DNA from: Chrysomallon squamiferum | Taxonomy: Eukaryota; Animalia; Mollusca | DNA length: 64,000 nt | NCBI GenBank assembly: GCA_012295275.1 | Contig: CM022668.1 | Coordinates: 434,001 to 498,000 of the forward strand | Reading direction: 5' to 3' | Part shown: one piece after another, positions 27,601 through 42,615 of the stretch | Layout of the letters: each line of letters opens with the position of its first letter | How positions within the stretch are numbered: the stretch's first letter is position 1 | Notes under the pieces: model-generated | Database searches by the model: none | Told to the model about the DNA's origin: nothing | Seen by the model: the letters and a program-made list of their open reading frames with translations, nothing else | Position numbers and translations under genes: made by a program

Positions 27601-30600
27601 GACAGCATTGAATGCGTTCAGTTCTCAACCAGCTCTTTAAACGCTGTTAAGGGTTAACCATCAGATCTGGTTTTGATGAGCTGGTGGGTATGTGCGTTTA
27701 TTGACAAGAGACGAACACATCTCGCAACCGCTCGCACTCCGAATCTTCCAATCATATGCACACGTAACAGACAGTATTCAGTTCTCAACGAGCTCTTTAA
27801 ATGCTGTTAAGGGTTAATCATTACATCTGATTTCCATGAGGTAGTGCGTGATTGTGTTTATTGAGAAGAGACAAAAACACTTCGCAGCCGCTCGCACTCC
27901 GAAACTTTCAATCGGATAAAAACATAACAGACAGCATTGAATGCCTTCAGTTCTCAACCAGCTCTTTTGTTAAATCATTAGATCTGATTTCCATGACGGT
28001 TAATTCTGTTTATTGAGAAGAGACTCTGATTTCCATGCACTGAATGCGTTCAGTTCTCAACCAGCTCTTTAAACGCTGTTAAGGGTTAATCATTAGATCT
28101 GATTTCCATGAGGTAGTGCGTGATTGTGTTTATTGAGAAGAGACAAAAACATTTCGCAGCCGCTCGCACTCCGAAACTTTCAATCGGATAAAAACATAAC
28201 AGACAGCACTGAATGCGTTCAGTTCTCAACCAGCTGTTTAAACGCTGTTAAGGGTTAATCATTATTTCTGATTTCCATGAGGTAGTGCGTAATTGTGTTT
28301 ATTGAGAAGAGACGAACACACTTCGCAGCCGCTCGCACTCCGAAACTTTCAATCGGATAAAAACATAAAAGACAGCATTGAATGCGTTCAGTTCTCAACC
28401 AGCTCTTTAATCGCTGTTAAGGGTTAATCATTAGATCTGATTTCCATGAGGTAGTGCGTGATTCTGTTTATTGAGAAGAGACGAACACACGTCGGAGCCG
28501 CTCTCACTCCGAAACTTTACATCGTTTACACACCTAACAGACAGCTTTGAATGCGTTCAGTTCTCAACCGGCTCTTTAAAAGCTGTAAAGGGTTAGTCAT
28601 TAGATCTGATTTCCATGAGGTAGTTCGTAATTGTGTTTATTGAGAAGAGACGAACACACGTCGCAGCCGCTCGCACTCCGAAACTTTCAATCGGATAAAC
28701 ACATAACAGACAGCTTTGAATGCGTTCAGTTCTCAACCAGCTCTTTAAAAGCTGTAAAGGGTTAGTCATTAGATCTGATTTCCATGACGTATTGCGTGAT
28801 TCTGTTTATTGAGGAGAGACTAACACACGTCGGAGCCGCTCGTACTCCGAAACTTTCAATCGGATAAACACAAAACAGGCAGCATTGAATGCATTCAGTT
28901 CTCAACCAGCCCCTTAAACGCTGTTAAGGGTTAATCATTACATGTGATATCCATGACGTAGTGCGTGTTTCTGTTTATTGAGATGAGACGAACACACCTC
29001 GCAACCGCTCGCACTCCGAAACTTCCAATCGTATGCACACGTAACAGACAGCATTGAATGCGTTCAGTTCTCAACCAGCTCTTTAAACGCTGTTAAGGGT
29101 TAACCATCAGATCTGGTTTTGATGAGCTGGTGGGTATGTGCGTTTATTGACAAGAGACGAACACATCTCGCAACCGCTCGCACTCCGAATCTTCCAATCA
29201 TATGCACACGTAACAGACAGTATTCAGTTCTCAACGAGCTCTTTAAATGCTGTTAAGGGTTAATCATTACATCTGATTTCCATGAGGTAGTGCGTGATTG
29301 TGTTTATTGAGAAGAGACAAAAACACTTCGCAGCCGCTCACACTCCGAAACTTTCAATCGGATAAAAACATAACAGACAGCATTGAATGCCTTCAGTTCT
29401 CAACCAGCTCTTTAAACGCTGTTAAGGGTTAATCATTAGATCTGATTTCCATGAGGTAGTGCGTGATTCTGTTTATTGAGAAGAGACGAAAACACGTCGG
29501 AGCCGCTCGCACTCCGAAACTTTCAATCCGATACACACATAACAGACAGCACTGAATGCGTTCAGTTCTCAACCAGTTCTATAAACCCTGTTAAGGGTTA
29601 ATCATTAGATCTGATTTCCATGAGGTAGTGCGTGATTCTGTTTATTGAGAAGAGACGAACACACGTCGGAGCCGCTTGCACTCCGAAACTTTCAATCGGA
29701 TAAACACAAAACAGGCAGCATTGAATGCATTCAGTTCTCAACCAGCCCCTTAAACGCTGTTAAGGGTTAATCATTACATCTGATATCCATGACGTAGTGC
29801 GTGTTTCTGTTTATTGAGATGAGACGAACACACCTCGCAACCGCTCGCACTCCGAAACTTCCAATCGTATGCACACGTAACAGACAGCATTGAATGCGTT
29901 CAGTTCTCAACCAGCTCTTTAAACGCTGTTAAGGGTTAACCATCAGATCTGGTTTTGATGAGCTGGTGGGTATGTGCGTTTATTGACAAGAGACGAACAC
30001 ATCTCGCAACCGCTCGCACTCCGAATCTTCCAATCATATGCACACGTAACAGACAGTATTCAGTTCTCAACGAGCTCTTTAAATGCTGTTAAGGGTTAAT
30101 CATTACATCTGATTTCCATGAGGTAGTGCGTGATTGTGTTTATTGAGAAGAGACAAAAACACTTCGCAGCCGCTCGCACTCCGAAACTTTCAATCGGATA
30201 AAAACATAACAGACAGCATTGAATGCCTTCAGTTCTCAACCAGCTCTTTAAACGCTGTTAAGGGTTAATCATTAGATCTGATTTCCATGACGTAGTGCGT
30301 AATTGTGTTTATTGAGAAGAGACGAACACACTTCGCAGCCGCTCGCACTCCGAAACTTTCAATCGGATAAAGACATAAAAGACAGCATTGAATGCGTTCA
30401 GTTCTCAACCAGCTCTTTAATCGCTGTTAAGGGTTAATCATTAGATCTGATTTCCATGAGGTAGTGCGTGATTCTGTTTATTGAGAAGAGACGAACACAC
30501 GTCGGAGCCGCTCTCACTCCGAAACTTTACATCGTTTACACACCTAACAGACAGCTTTGAATGCGTTCAGTTCTCAACCAGCTCTTTAAAAGCTGTAAAG

Positions 30601-30990
30601 GGTTAGTCATTAGATCTGATTTCCATGACCTATTGCGTGATTCTGTTTATTGAGAAGAGACTAACACACGTCGGAGCCGCTCGTACTCCGAAACTTTCAA
30701 TCGGATAAACACAAAACAGGCAGCATTGAATGCATTCAGTTCTCAACCAGCCCCTTAAACGCTGTTAAGGGTTAATCATTACATCTGATTTCGATGACGT
30801 GGTGCGTGTGTGTTTTTGTTGAAAAGAGACGAATACACCTCGCAACCGCTCTCACTCCGAAACTTTCAATCGTGTACAGACATTACAGAGTGTATTGAAT
30901 GCGTTGTGATTTGAAGCAGCTCTTTGATCGCTGTTAAGTGTTAATCATTAGATCTGATTTCGATGTGGTAGTGCGTGTTTCTGTTTAGAG
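6637..30990. repeat. Satellite DNA array, 169-bp monomer, ~144 copies, head-to-tail
   Basis: Anchor GGGTTAATCATTA at 6717, 6886, 7055, 7224 (period 169). Consensus ~GGGTTAATCATTACMTCTGATTTCCATGATGTTGTGCGTGATTCTGTTTATTGAGAAGAGACGAACACACGTCGGAGCCGCTCGCACTCCGAAACTTTCAATCGGATACACACATAACAGACAGCATTGAATGCGTTCTGTTTTCAAGCAGGTCTTTAAACGCTGTTAA. The left end is lost in the gap. Confidence 0.99.
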
Positions 30991-33430
30991 TGTCAGAGAC
31001 AAATAAGAAGTTGGAATCGCTCTGTTTCTCAAGGCATTCTGTCGTACGTGTTAAGCAATTACTGTTGGAAACGGCTCAACGCACCATCTCATTCTAAGAC
31101 GTGTTCTAGTCGAACTGGAAATATATGTGTTTTCCTACACGCAAACATACTCGCCATCAAACGCAGATGAACCGTGGAGTAGTAGTTGCGTGTTCGCTCA
31201 CTTTGAAAAAGACACATAAAAGGAAAAGATACCTAGAACAGTGAGAACGCGGGACATCGATTGTGACGTTTCTATCAGGACTAGTACACTGCAGACAAAA
31301 AGAGCGTGTTGTTCTCCGGTCTCCAAGTCTCGGCATAACGTTGTTACCTGCCTGTGTACACGTGCTGTGAACAACAACACCTGTTGCTCGTACGAGAATT
31401 GGATTCGACACACAAGTCAACGCCTGTCTTCAGTGCTTGCAATCGATCTTGAGGCATGCGATCTTACACAGCAGTGTCTCCTCCAGTCGTGTTTCTTCAC
31501 TGTGGATCAGAATTTCAGACGCAAATAACAAGTTGGAATCGGTCTGTTTCTCAATATATAAGTGTTGGAAATGATTCAACGCACCATCTCATTCTAAGAT
31601 GTGTTCTAGCCGAACGGGAAATACAGTTTTTTTCGCTGTTATAACCAGCATGGAAACATCCTTTTGTAAATATGGTTCAATGGGTCATATAGAAATAAAA
31701 CTGGTCTGAAGCTCTTGTCTCGGATGTGTTACCTACTGTTTCGAAGTGTGCGAATGGACACCAGCTCTTTGAAGAAGGTTTCCAGCCGATCAGGAGTTTC
31801 ATTTGTTTTTGTAGTAAGAAAGATGCATGCAAACCTTGCTGATCAGCCATCATCTTTGTTATCATTCTTCACTGTAAGAACGACACATAGAAACAAAATA
31901 TAGATAGGACTCCCCGAACGAAAAAGCAGTGGGTACTGTTTGTTTTAGGAATAGACACTCAGATTGCAGGAGATCGTTGGTGATGTTTCTTTCATGACTA
32001 GAACACTGCAAACAAAAAGAGTTCATTCTTCTCCGGTTATTCAATGTCTACTGAACGTTGTTAGCTTCCTGTATATAGGGCTCTGTGAGAGCAACAATTG
32101 TAGCTCGTAAAAGATGTGGATTGGAATAAGGCAACACTTGTCTTGAATGCCGCATTCTAAACTGATATTGGCGATTTTTCATAGTAATGGTAAAGGTGGG
32201 TCAGTGGGTCAGATGCAAACAACAAGTTTAATCGTTCTTTACCGAAGCACTTCTCTCGAAGGTGTTATGTAACTCTCTGTTAGATCTAGCTTCGCAAAGC
32301 CTAGTCCGAGAAGAGAAGTTCCAGCCGAACAGAAGTTGCATGTGTTTTAGCTCTAAGAAACACGCATACAAATACGCTCATCGTCAAATGCAGCTGATCA
32401 GTCCATCATCTTTGTCATCACTGAAAGAGCAATTGCATAGATTCTTCACTGCAAGAAAGACACATAGAGACAAAAGATTCATAGCACACTCTGAATGCAG
32501 GAGATCGTGGGTGCTGTTTGTTTTAGGAACGGAAACAAAAACTGTGCATTCTTCTCCGGTTTTGTAATGTCTACTTAACGTTGTTAGCTGCCTGTGACAG
32601 CAACAATTGTAGCTCGTAAAAGACGTGAATTGGATTAAGTCAACATGTATTGAATGCCACAATCGGAGTTGAAGCTTGTGATCTTAGATAGCAATGTCTC
32701 CTTCATTCGACTTCCGTAAATGTGGGTCATTGTGTCAGATACAAATAAAATGTTTGGATTGTTCTGTTCTGAAACGCTTCTCTCGAAAGCACACCATCGT
32801 CTTCGAAGAGGAGTTCCAACAATCCAACATGTTTCTATTAGGAGGTCTTTCTTTCAAACAATGAATTACCTCTGAATTATCTCTGGAAGATCACATTCAT
32901 CTGTCCTGTTTTCAACCTGTTTTAGGTATCTTGTGTCTGAATGTGTCTTTTTTAGAGCGAACAAACATGTAACTTCTCCTCGTGTGACAGCCAAGTCACT
33001 TGTTTGCTAAGACATTTGAAATAGTGAGCGCGTAACACTTTCGAAAGATTCGCTTTAAACTGAAGCCATTCAAACATCTTACTTCAGTCTGCTCGCACTT
33101 TTCTGAAATATGAATCGAAGAATCATTGTTCCAGAATACCGTAAGCCTCAAGTTCCAGCGCGGCATTCAGCACATGGGTTGCTGTATCCTAATCCACGTC
33201 TTTCAGGAGCCCTACAGTTGTTGCTCCCGGAGTACTCTGTAAAACGCCAAGTGAGAACGTACAGCAGAGATTGTGAAGACGAAGAAGAAATCGCTGTTTT
33301 TGGTTCCGAGCGTACAACTCGTTAAATAGCACCTCCACGGTTCTGCCTTAAGACATCTTGTTTTCAGCAATGTCATCGCCAACTCAGTTATCTCTGGAAG
33401 ATCACATTCATTTCTCCATTTTCACACTCT
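30991..33430. repeat. Diverged tandem repeat layer with ~520-bp units, last part inverted
   Basis: A CAAATAA...TTGGAATCG.TCTGTTTCTC-like anchor recurs at ~31000, ~31522, ~31692, ~32216 and ~32742. Other shared blocks include CTAGWACACTGCARACAAAAAGAG and TTATCTCTGGAAGATCACATTCAT (32877, 33388). 32950-33130 matches earlier units as reverse complement. Confidence 0.75.
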
Positions 33431-33479
33431 GCTAGTTCAGCAATTACGTAATTCTAAAGATCTATCGCGTTATTCAGTT

Positions 33480-35330
33480 CATCCGTTACTGTATAATTAC
33501 ACCAGTAATGACCACTTTAACGGTCGCTGTATGATGGTCCCAGTTTTGATTTCTTTTCTAACTTCAATAGCCACTATAATATCTACAGTGTCAACTTTTA
33601 TTCTAGCTACAGCGATGCGTATAAGGATTTTAAAACCGACTTCTGTCTACCTTGAGCACTATAATGGTCACTGTATGGTGGTCCCAGTATGGATTTGTTT
33701 CCTACCTTCAGTGGTCACTATAATATTTACAGTGTCGGCTGTTATTCTCCTTACAGTGATGTGTATAAGGGTCGCAGTATTCAAGTTTATTCTAAGTCCA
33801 CTGACCACTATAATGGCCACAGTATTATCTGCTATTACACAGGTAATGACTTTTATTCTATCCTGCTCTGACATCTATAAGACTCAGTATTGACTTCTTT
33901 TCTACAATGTCCTCTATAATGCTCTCAGTATTGACTTCTATTCTATCTACCTTGACCACTATAATGGTCACTGTATGATGGTCCCAGTACTGATTTCTTT
34001 TCTACCTCCAGTGGCCACTATAATATCTACAGTTTCAACTTATGTTCTCCCTACAGTGATGTTTCTCAGTATTGACTTCTTGTGACCATTATGGTCACGG
34101 TATTGTCTCCTATTACACCAGCAATGATGGTTGCTGTATGATGTTCGCAGTATTGACTTCTATTATGTGTACAATGACCACTAAAGTTATCACAGGTTTT
34201 GACTTTTATTTTATCTACAGTGACATCTATAATGGTCTCAGTATTCCCTTCCGTTGTAGCTACATTGACCAGTATAATCGTCAAGGTATTCTCTCCTATT
34301 ACACCAACAATGACAACTTTGATGGTCACAGTATTGATTTCTATTACGCCTACAATCACCATCAAAATTATCACAAGTATTGACTTTTATTCTATAAGGG
34401 TTTTAGTATTGACTTCTATTCTATCTACATTGACCAATATCATGGTATTGTCTCCTATTACACCAACAATTACAACTTTGATGGTGACTGTAGGATCGTC
34501 AGAGTATTGATTTTTTTTAAGACATTCAATAGCCACAATAATGTTTAGTGTCGACTTTTATTCCACCTACAGTGATGTGTATAAGGGTCTCAGTATTGAC
34601 TTCTCTTCTATCTTCATTGACCAAAATAACTGTCACAGTATTGTCTCCTATTATACCAACCATGACCACTTTAATGGTGCTCTATGATGGTCACACTATT
34701 GAAGTCTATTACACCTATAATAACCACAAACATTATAACAGGTTGCTCGTACGAGAATTGGATTGGAGACTGTATTGACTTTCATTCTACCACGACATTT
34801 AGAATGGTCTTAGTATTGCATTTTATTCCATCTATGTTGACCTCTTTAATGCCCTTATTGTTTGACTACAATTTTATCCACAATTACCTCAGATGGACAG
34901 CATTCTGATTTTTCTTTTAGCTGCAAAGACATTTGTAACAGTTATAGTATTGACATCTATTATAACTGCAAAGACCACTAAAATGATCACAGGTATTAAC
35001 TTTTATTCTACTTATAATATGTATAATGGTCCCAGTATTGTCATCTACTCTGCTTACAATGTCCACTAATTATGAATTCTATTCTGTCTCCATTGACCAG
35101 TTTAATTGTCACAGTATTTTCTTCTATTACATCAACTATATGATGGTAATATTATTACTGACTTCTTTTCTACTGTGAATGGCCACTATAATGCTGTCAG
35201 TATTGACTTCTATTCTACCTACATTGACATTATAATATTCATGGTATTATCTCCTATTAATAATTTAATGGTCATTATATGATGGTCACAGTATTGCCTT
35301 CTATTCTGCCTACACTGACCACTATAATGT
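33480..35330. repeat. Degenerate ~45-bp minisatellite
   Basis: A unit like CAGTATTGACTTCTATTCTATCTACMTTGACCACTATAATGGTCA is repeated with many variants and produces the T/I/V/S-rich pseudo-ORFs in the ORF track. Confidence 0.85.
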
Positions 35331-37570
35331 GCTGATGTCTTTAGATTTGTATAATGTAAACATAAGTTATATTAACACTGATTATTGCTGTTAAGTGGCG
35401 AAATACTTGAATATGTAAAGACCACTACAATTCATCAGTCTTGAAAAAATTATCTTTTTATATATTGGTTTAATTTCTATGGAATTTTTGACAATTAAGG
35501 AGTACAGTAAATTTGAGCTAATCAGTTCGATTTATTAAAATTCATGAATATTAGCAACTTGCTTAAAAATACTGTACAGCCTTAGAACTAATTAAAAGCT
35601 TCATTTTGATATATTATACACATATAGTGGATTAAAGTTCTGTGAGATATTCAGTTTTTATGCTGCAAAATGAGAGAAATGAATCACAGTTTCTGAGAAG
35701 ATTATGAAGGAAAAATACCCACAAATTTTATTCCGATAAAATTTTAAAACTGTTTTCGTATCAATGCTATGAAAGAAATCAGATGTCAATATAATAGGCA
35801 TTTTTTTTATCTTTCTAAGGATGTATAATATTTTAGGAAAATAATAATTTTGATAATTTTGTCACATACTTACCAAAAGGCTGAGAAACAATGCTGTTTA
35901 TAACTGAACTGATCTGGGGAAAATATTAACATGCTAATCATCAGAACAAAGTACACTGAATTAGAAGATATGGAAATTATAATAATAATAAAAGCTTTTT
36001 CATTTTTTTTTTCCAGCTAAACACAATAACAACCCACTTTGAATAACTGATTTTAATAAATTGGTTTAATGAATATGTAATAAAATTGTGTTATTCTTTT
36101 TAACCTGTTGAGCTGTTGTCAACACAAAGAAATTAACAAAGAATTATAGAAATAAAGAGCACGTTATATGCTTCTTTATAAGCAATAATTGACAGATTAA
36201 AATTCTTGATATAATACTCACACACACAAGCATGATTCATATAAATATACAGAAAAACATAAATTACACAAAAATTTAATATTCAAAAATTGCACTTACA
36301 TATTTTGTCTCCATATTAGATAAATAATAAACTACAAAACAATCTAAGATGTAATGGTAAAAAAAGAAACAAACCAAACAATAAATAAATAAAAATATTA
36401 ATCACCCTATTATTTGAAATATTTAATATTAAATGGAATATAGAAAATATGTGTGGTTGCATAGGATAAACAGTCAGATGTCACGCAATGTAATTTTAAG
36501 TTACAGCCTAGTAATGCAGAGAAATATTTTGTGAAAAGACTTAATTCTTTTACACAAAATGTGTAATTATTCTGAAAGTTTTAATCCGGTTTGGATAATT
36601 CAAAAAGTATTTTGATGTGTGGAATGTGGTTTATTTCAATCCATCAAAACCTGAGTTTTGGTAATTTTCATCATGTGACTGGTTATCCTATGCCACCACA
36701 TATATTTTCTTGTCAACAAGTAATTTTTAACAGGTCGTTATGTTTATTACTCTATTTCTCCATCTCTAAATATATTTTTGTTCTGTTTTATTTAAGTTTT
36801 GATTTCTCTCTATCTTAATCTGTTTGCTATCTCTTTTTTCCTTTTATTTTTCATCTCACTTCTTTAACCATCACTACTTAGTTTTAATTAAACATTTTTC
36901 AAAATTTGTTTATCATTCATTAATTTCTTCTCTTTAAAATTCATATATACTAATACAAATAATGACACTGACATAGGATGAGTTTTAAAAACAATTCAAT
37001 TATTTGGCACTTTGGCAAAGAAGGCATTATAGTTTAAACATGTTTCTATATTTACATTAACGAAGTACTTAATCATTTCTGATCAACAGATCACAAGCAC
37101 AATAAATAGACAAACAAACACACACATACACATGCACAGAAAATGCACATATATCCATACAACTCACTTACACACACACACACCCACACACATACTCTCG
37201 CAGTGACAAATGCACATACATGCATTCATTCACTGTACACATATAATACCATACACAATCATATTAAATTGCAGTGTATAAGCAATTTTTCATTAAATAA
37301 ATCTTAACTGTACTAAGAAACACTAACATTATTCCAATCATTATTTTAAATAGGAATGATTTGGGGAGAACTTTAAAAACAATAATAAATTAATAAATTA
37401 ATATGAAACTGCTGAAAATTGGTACACACATGTATAGCCAAGATTTGCAGAAAACAATAAACCTTTTTAATCATGAAGTGACTTCTGAACTCTTGAAATA
37501 AAAACAATTATTAATAAACAATTTAAAAAATTTGTCATCTTGTCTGGTAATATAATGAAGTTTCATCAAA

Positions 37571-40910
<3,340 letters not shown>

Positions 40911-41565
40911 TTGGTTTGACTTACAAAATGATTTTACCAACCACTGGTTTACTGACCACCAGGTTTGACTGATGAACTGAATTTACTGATCACTTAATTT
41001 AACTTTTATTACTGTTTTTTATTTATTACTCTGACTTCAGTGGCTATTTAAGCTCAAATCATGTGACATCACTCTTCGATTAATTTTAATGCCACTGAGT
41101 ATTTAATTACACCAGCTGTCACTTTTCATAGTGATTGCTTTGATTTCAGTGACCTGTTGCTATTACCAACTACTTAATGCTGTTGACTGCCTGATGACAA
41201 GAAGACATCCTCTATGCAGGGACATTTTGCATCTCTGTAAAGTGTTCAGTAGCGATGATGTCCTTTGTTCATCAACAACAAGAGTTCAAAGTTTACTGTC
41301 AAATTAATTAGAACAAAGCAGATAATGGGATCATTGGGCATGTGGGTAAACTCATTCACATGTAAAGCTAGATAACAAATAAAACTAAATTACATACAGA
41401 ATTATTAAATATAGCAATAGATAATTAAAACAGACACGTAAAATTACAAAAATGTATCATCATAGAAAATGTATCATTTTAGAAACTAAAACAGATCAAA
41501 TTAAAATTAGAAAACATTTTTTGTATCTGTTTAGGAAACAAAATTAGACTGAAATAAATAGAATG

Positions 41566-41568
<3 letters not shown>

Positions 41569-41620
<52 letters not shown>
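41569..41620. repeat. (TA)n microsatellite
   Basis: Direct reading. Confidence 0.97.
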
Positions 41621-41621
<1 letters not shown>

Positions 41622-42187
41622 TTTAAAAAAAAAATCATAGCAACAAGGAATTAAAATAATAAATAAAATTATTTAATATATAATTATTGTAATAGATAAT
41701 TTTAAAAGATACAATAATAATTAAATCTGAAGTTATATAAGTAAACTGTTAAATGCATTTAGTAATAGCAAATTAAAGCAAAGAATAAAACTTTATTATT
41801 ATAAACATTGTGGAATATATAATCACAGCGACAGATAAAATAATAAATAAATAAACACAAAGATAAATAAAATAGATAAAATTAAAATTGAAGAAATATA
41901 AAATGTCAAAAGCACTTACTGACTTAGTGATAAGTATAACGTTATTTTAAAAATAAAAATCGAAATGTGTTTAAAAGTGCACCTACGTATTTACTTTAAC
42001 ACACAAACACACACACACACACACACTATTATTATAAAACAAAAGAAAAACTGATTATGTAGGGTTAGACAGTGGCAGAGAGAAAAAAGAGAAAGAGTTG
42101 TCGAAAATTGTGCAGAAATTAAAATTTTATTATCAAATAATAGATTATCTCCTAACTAAAAATTGTATTAATCTATTTAACACTTAC

Positions 42188-42330
42188 ACTAACTGTTTTT
42201 ATCTAAGGATCGTTTCATTTTCTTAAACATAATTCATGATAATGCAGAAATCATTTTCGAAACTAAAGCTTTAAATTTTGCAGTCTGCTAGATATTGCCG
42301 TAAGTGGATCTACATAACTTCCAGTTGTCA
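42188..42330. promoter_or_regulatory. Putative bidirectional promoter region for TMEM41A/MALSU1
   Basis: The genes are divergent. There is a minus-strand GTAAGT donor at 42187-42182, a plus-strand GTAAGT donor at 42300, and an ACTTCC (ETS-like core) at ~42317. Transcription start sites are not observable. Confidence 0.45.
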
Positions 42331-42615
42331 TTCTTAACTAATTATTTATATATTTATATTATTATTGTAATGATTTATAAAGATAATCATTTTGAAGTAA
42401 TTTTTAATACACTAATAAATATATTACAATCTTGTAAACAAATGTTTGTATATTACGACAACCGAAAATCGAGTTTTTGTTGACTGCACGTTTTAGGTTC
42501 GACTTTGACTTTTTCACTGCATTTTATTATATCTTTCATTTCCTATTACTGCACTGTAAAGAATTGTTTATTTTTCAGCACTCTAATATTTTAAGTAAGT
42601 GACACTTTAGAAGAA

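Noticed and set aside
6637-30990. CRISPR array
   Set aside because: The whole 169-bp unit repeats with no unique spacers, there are no cas genes, and the context is eukaryotic and intron-containing.
33531-34908. T/I/V-rich ORFs as a mucin or membrane protein gene
   Set aside because: Overlapping ORFs on both strands and several frames with frequent breaks are explained by the 45-bp minisatellite.
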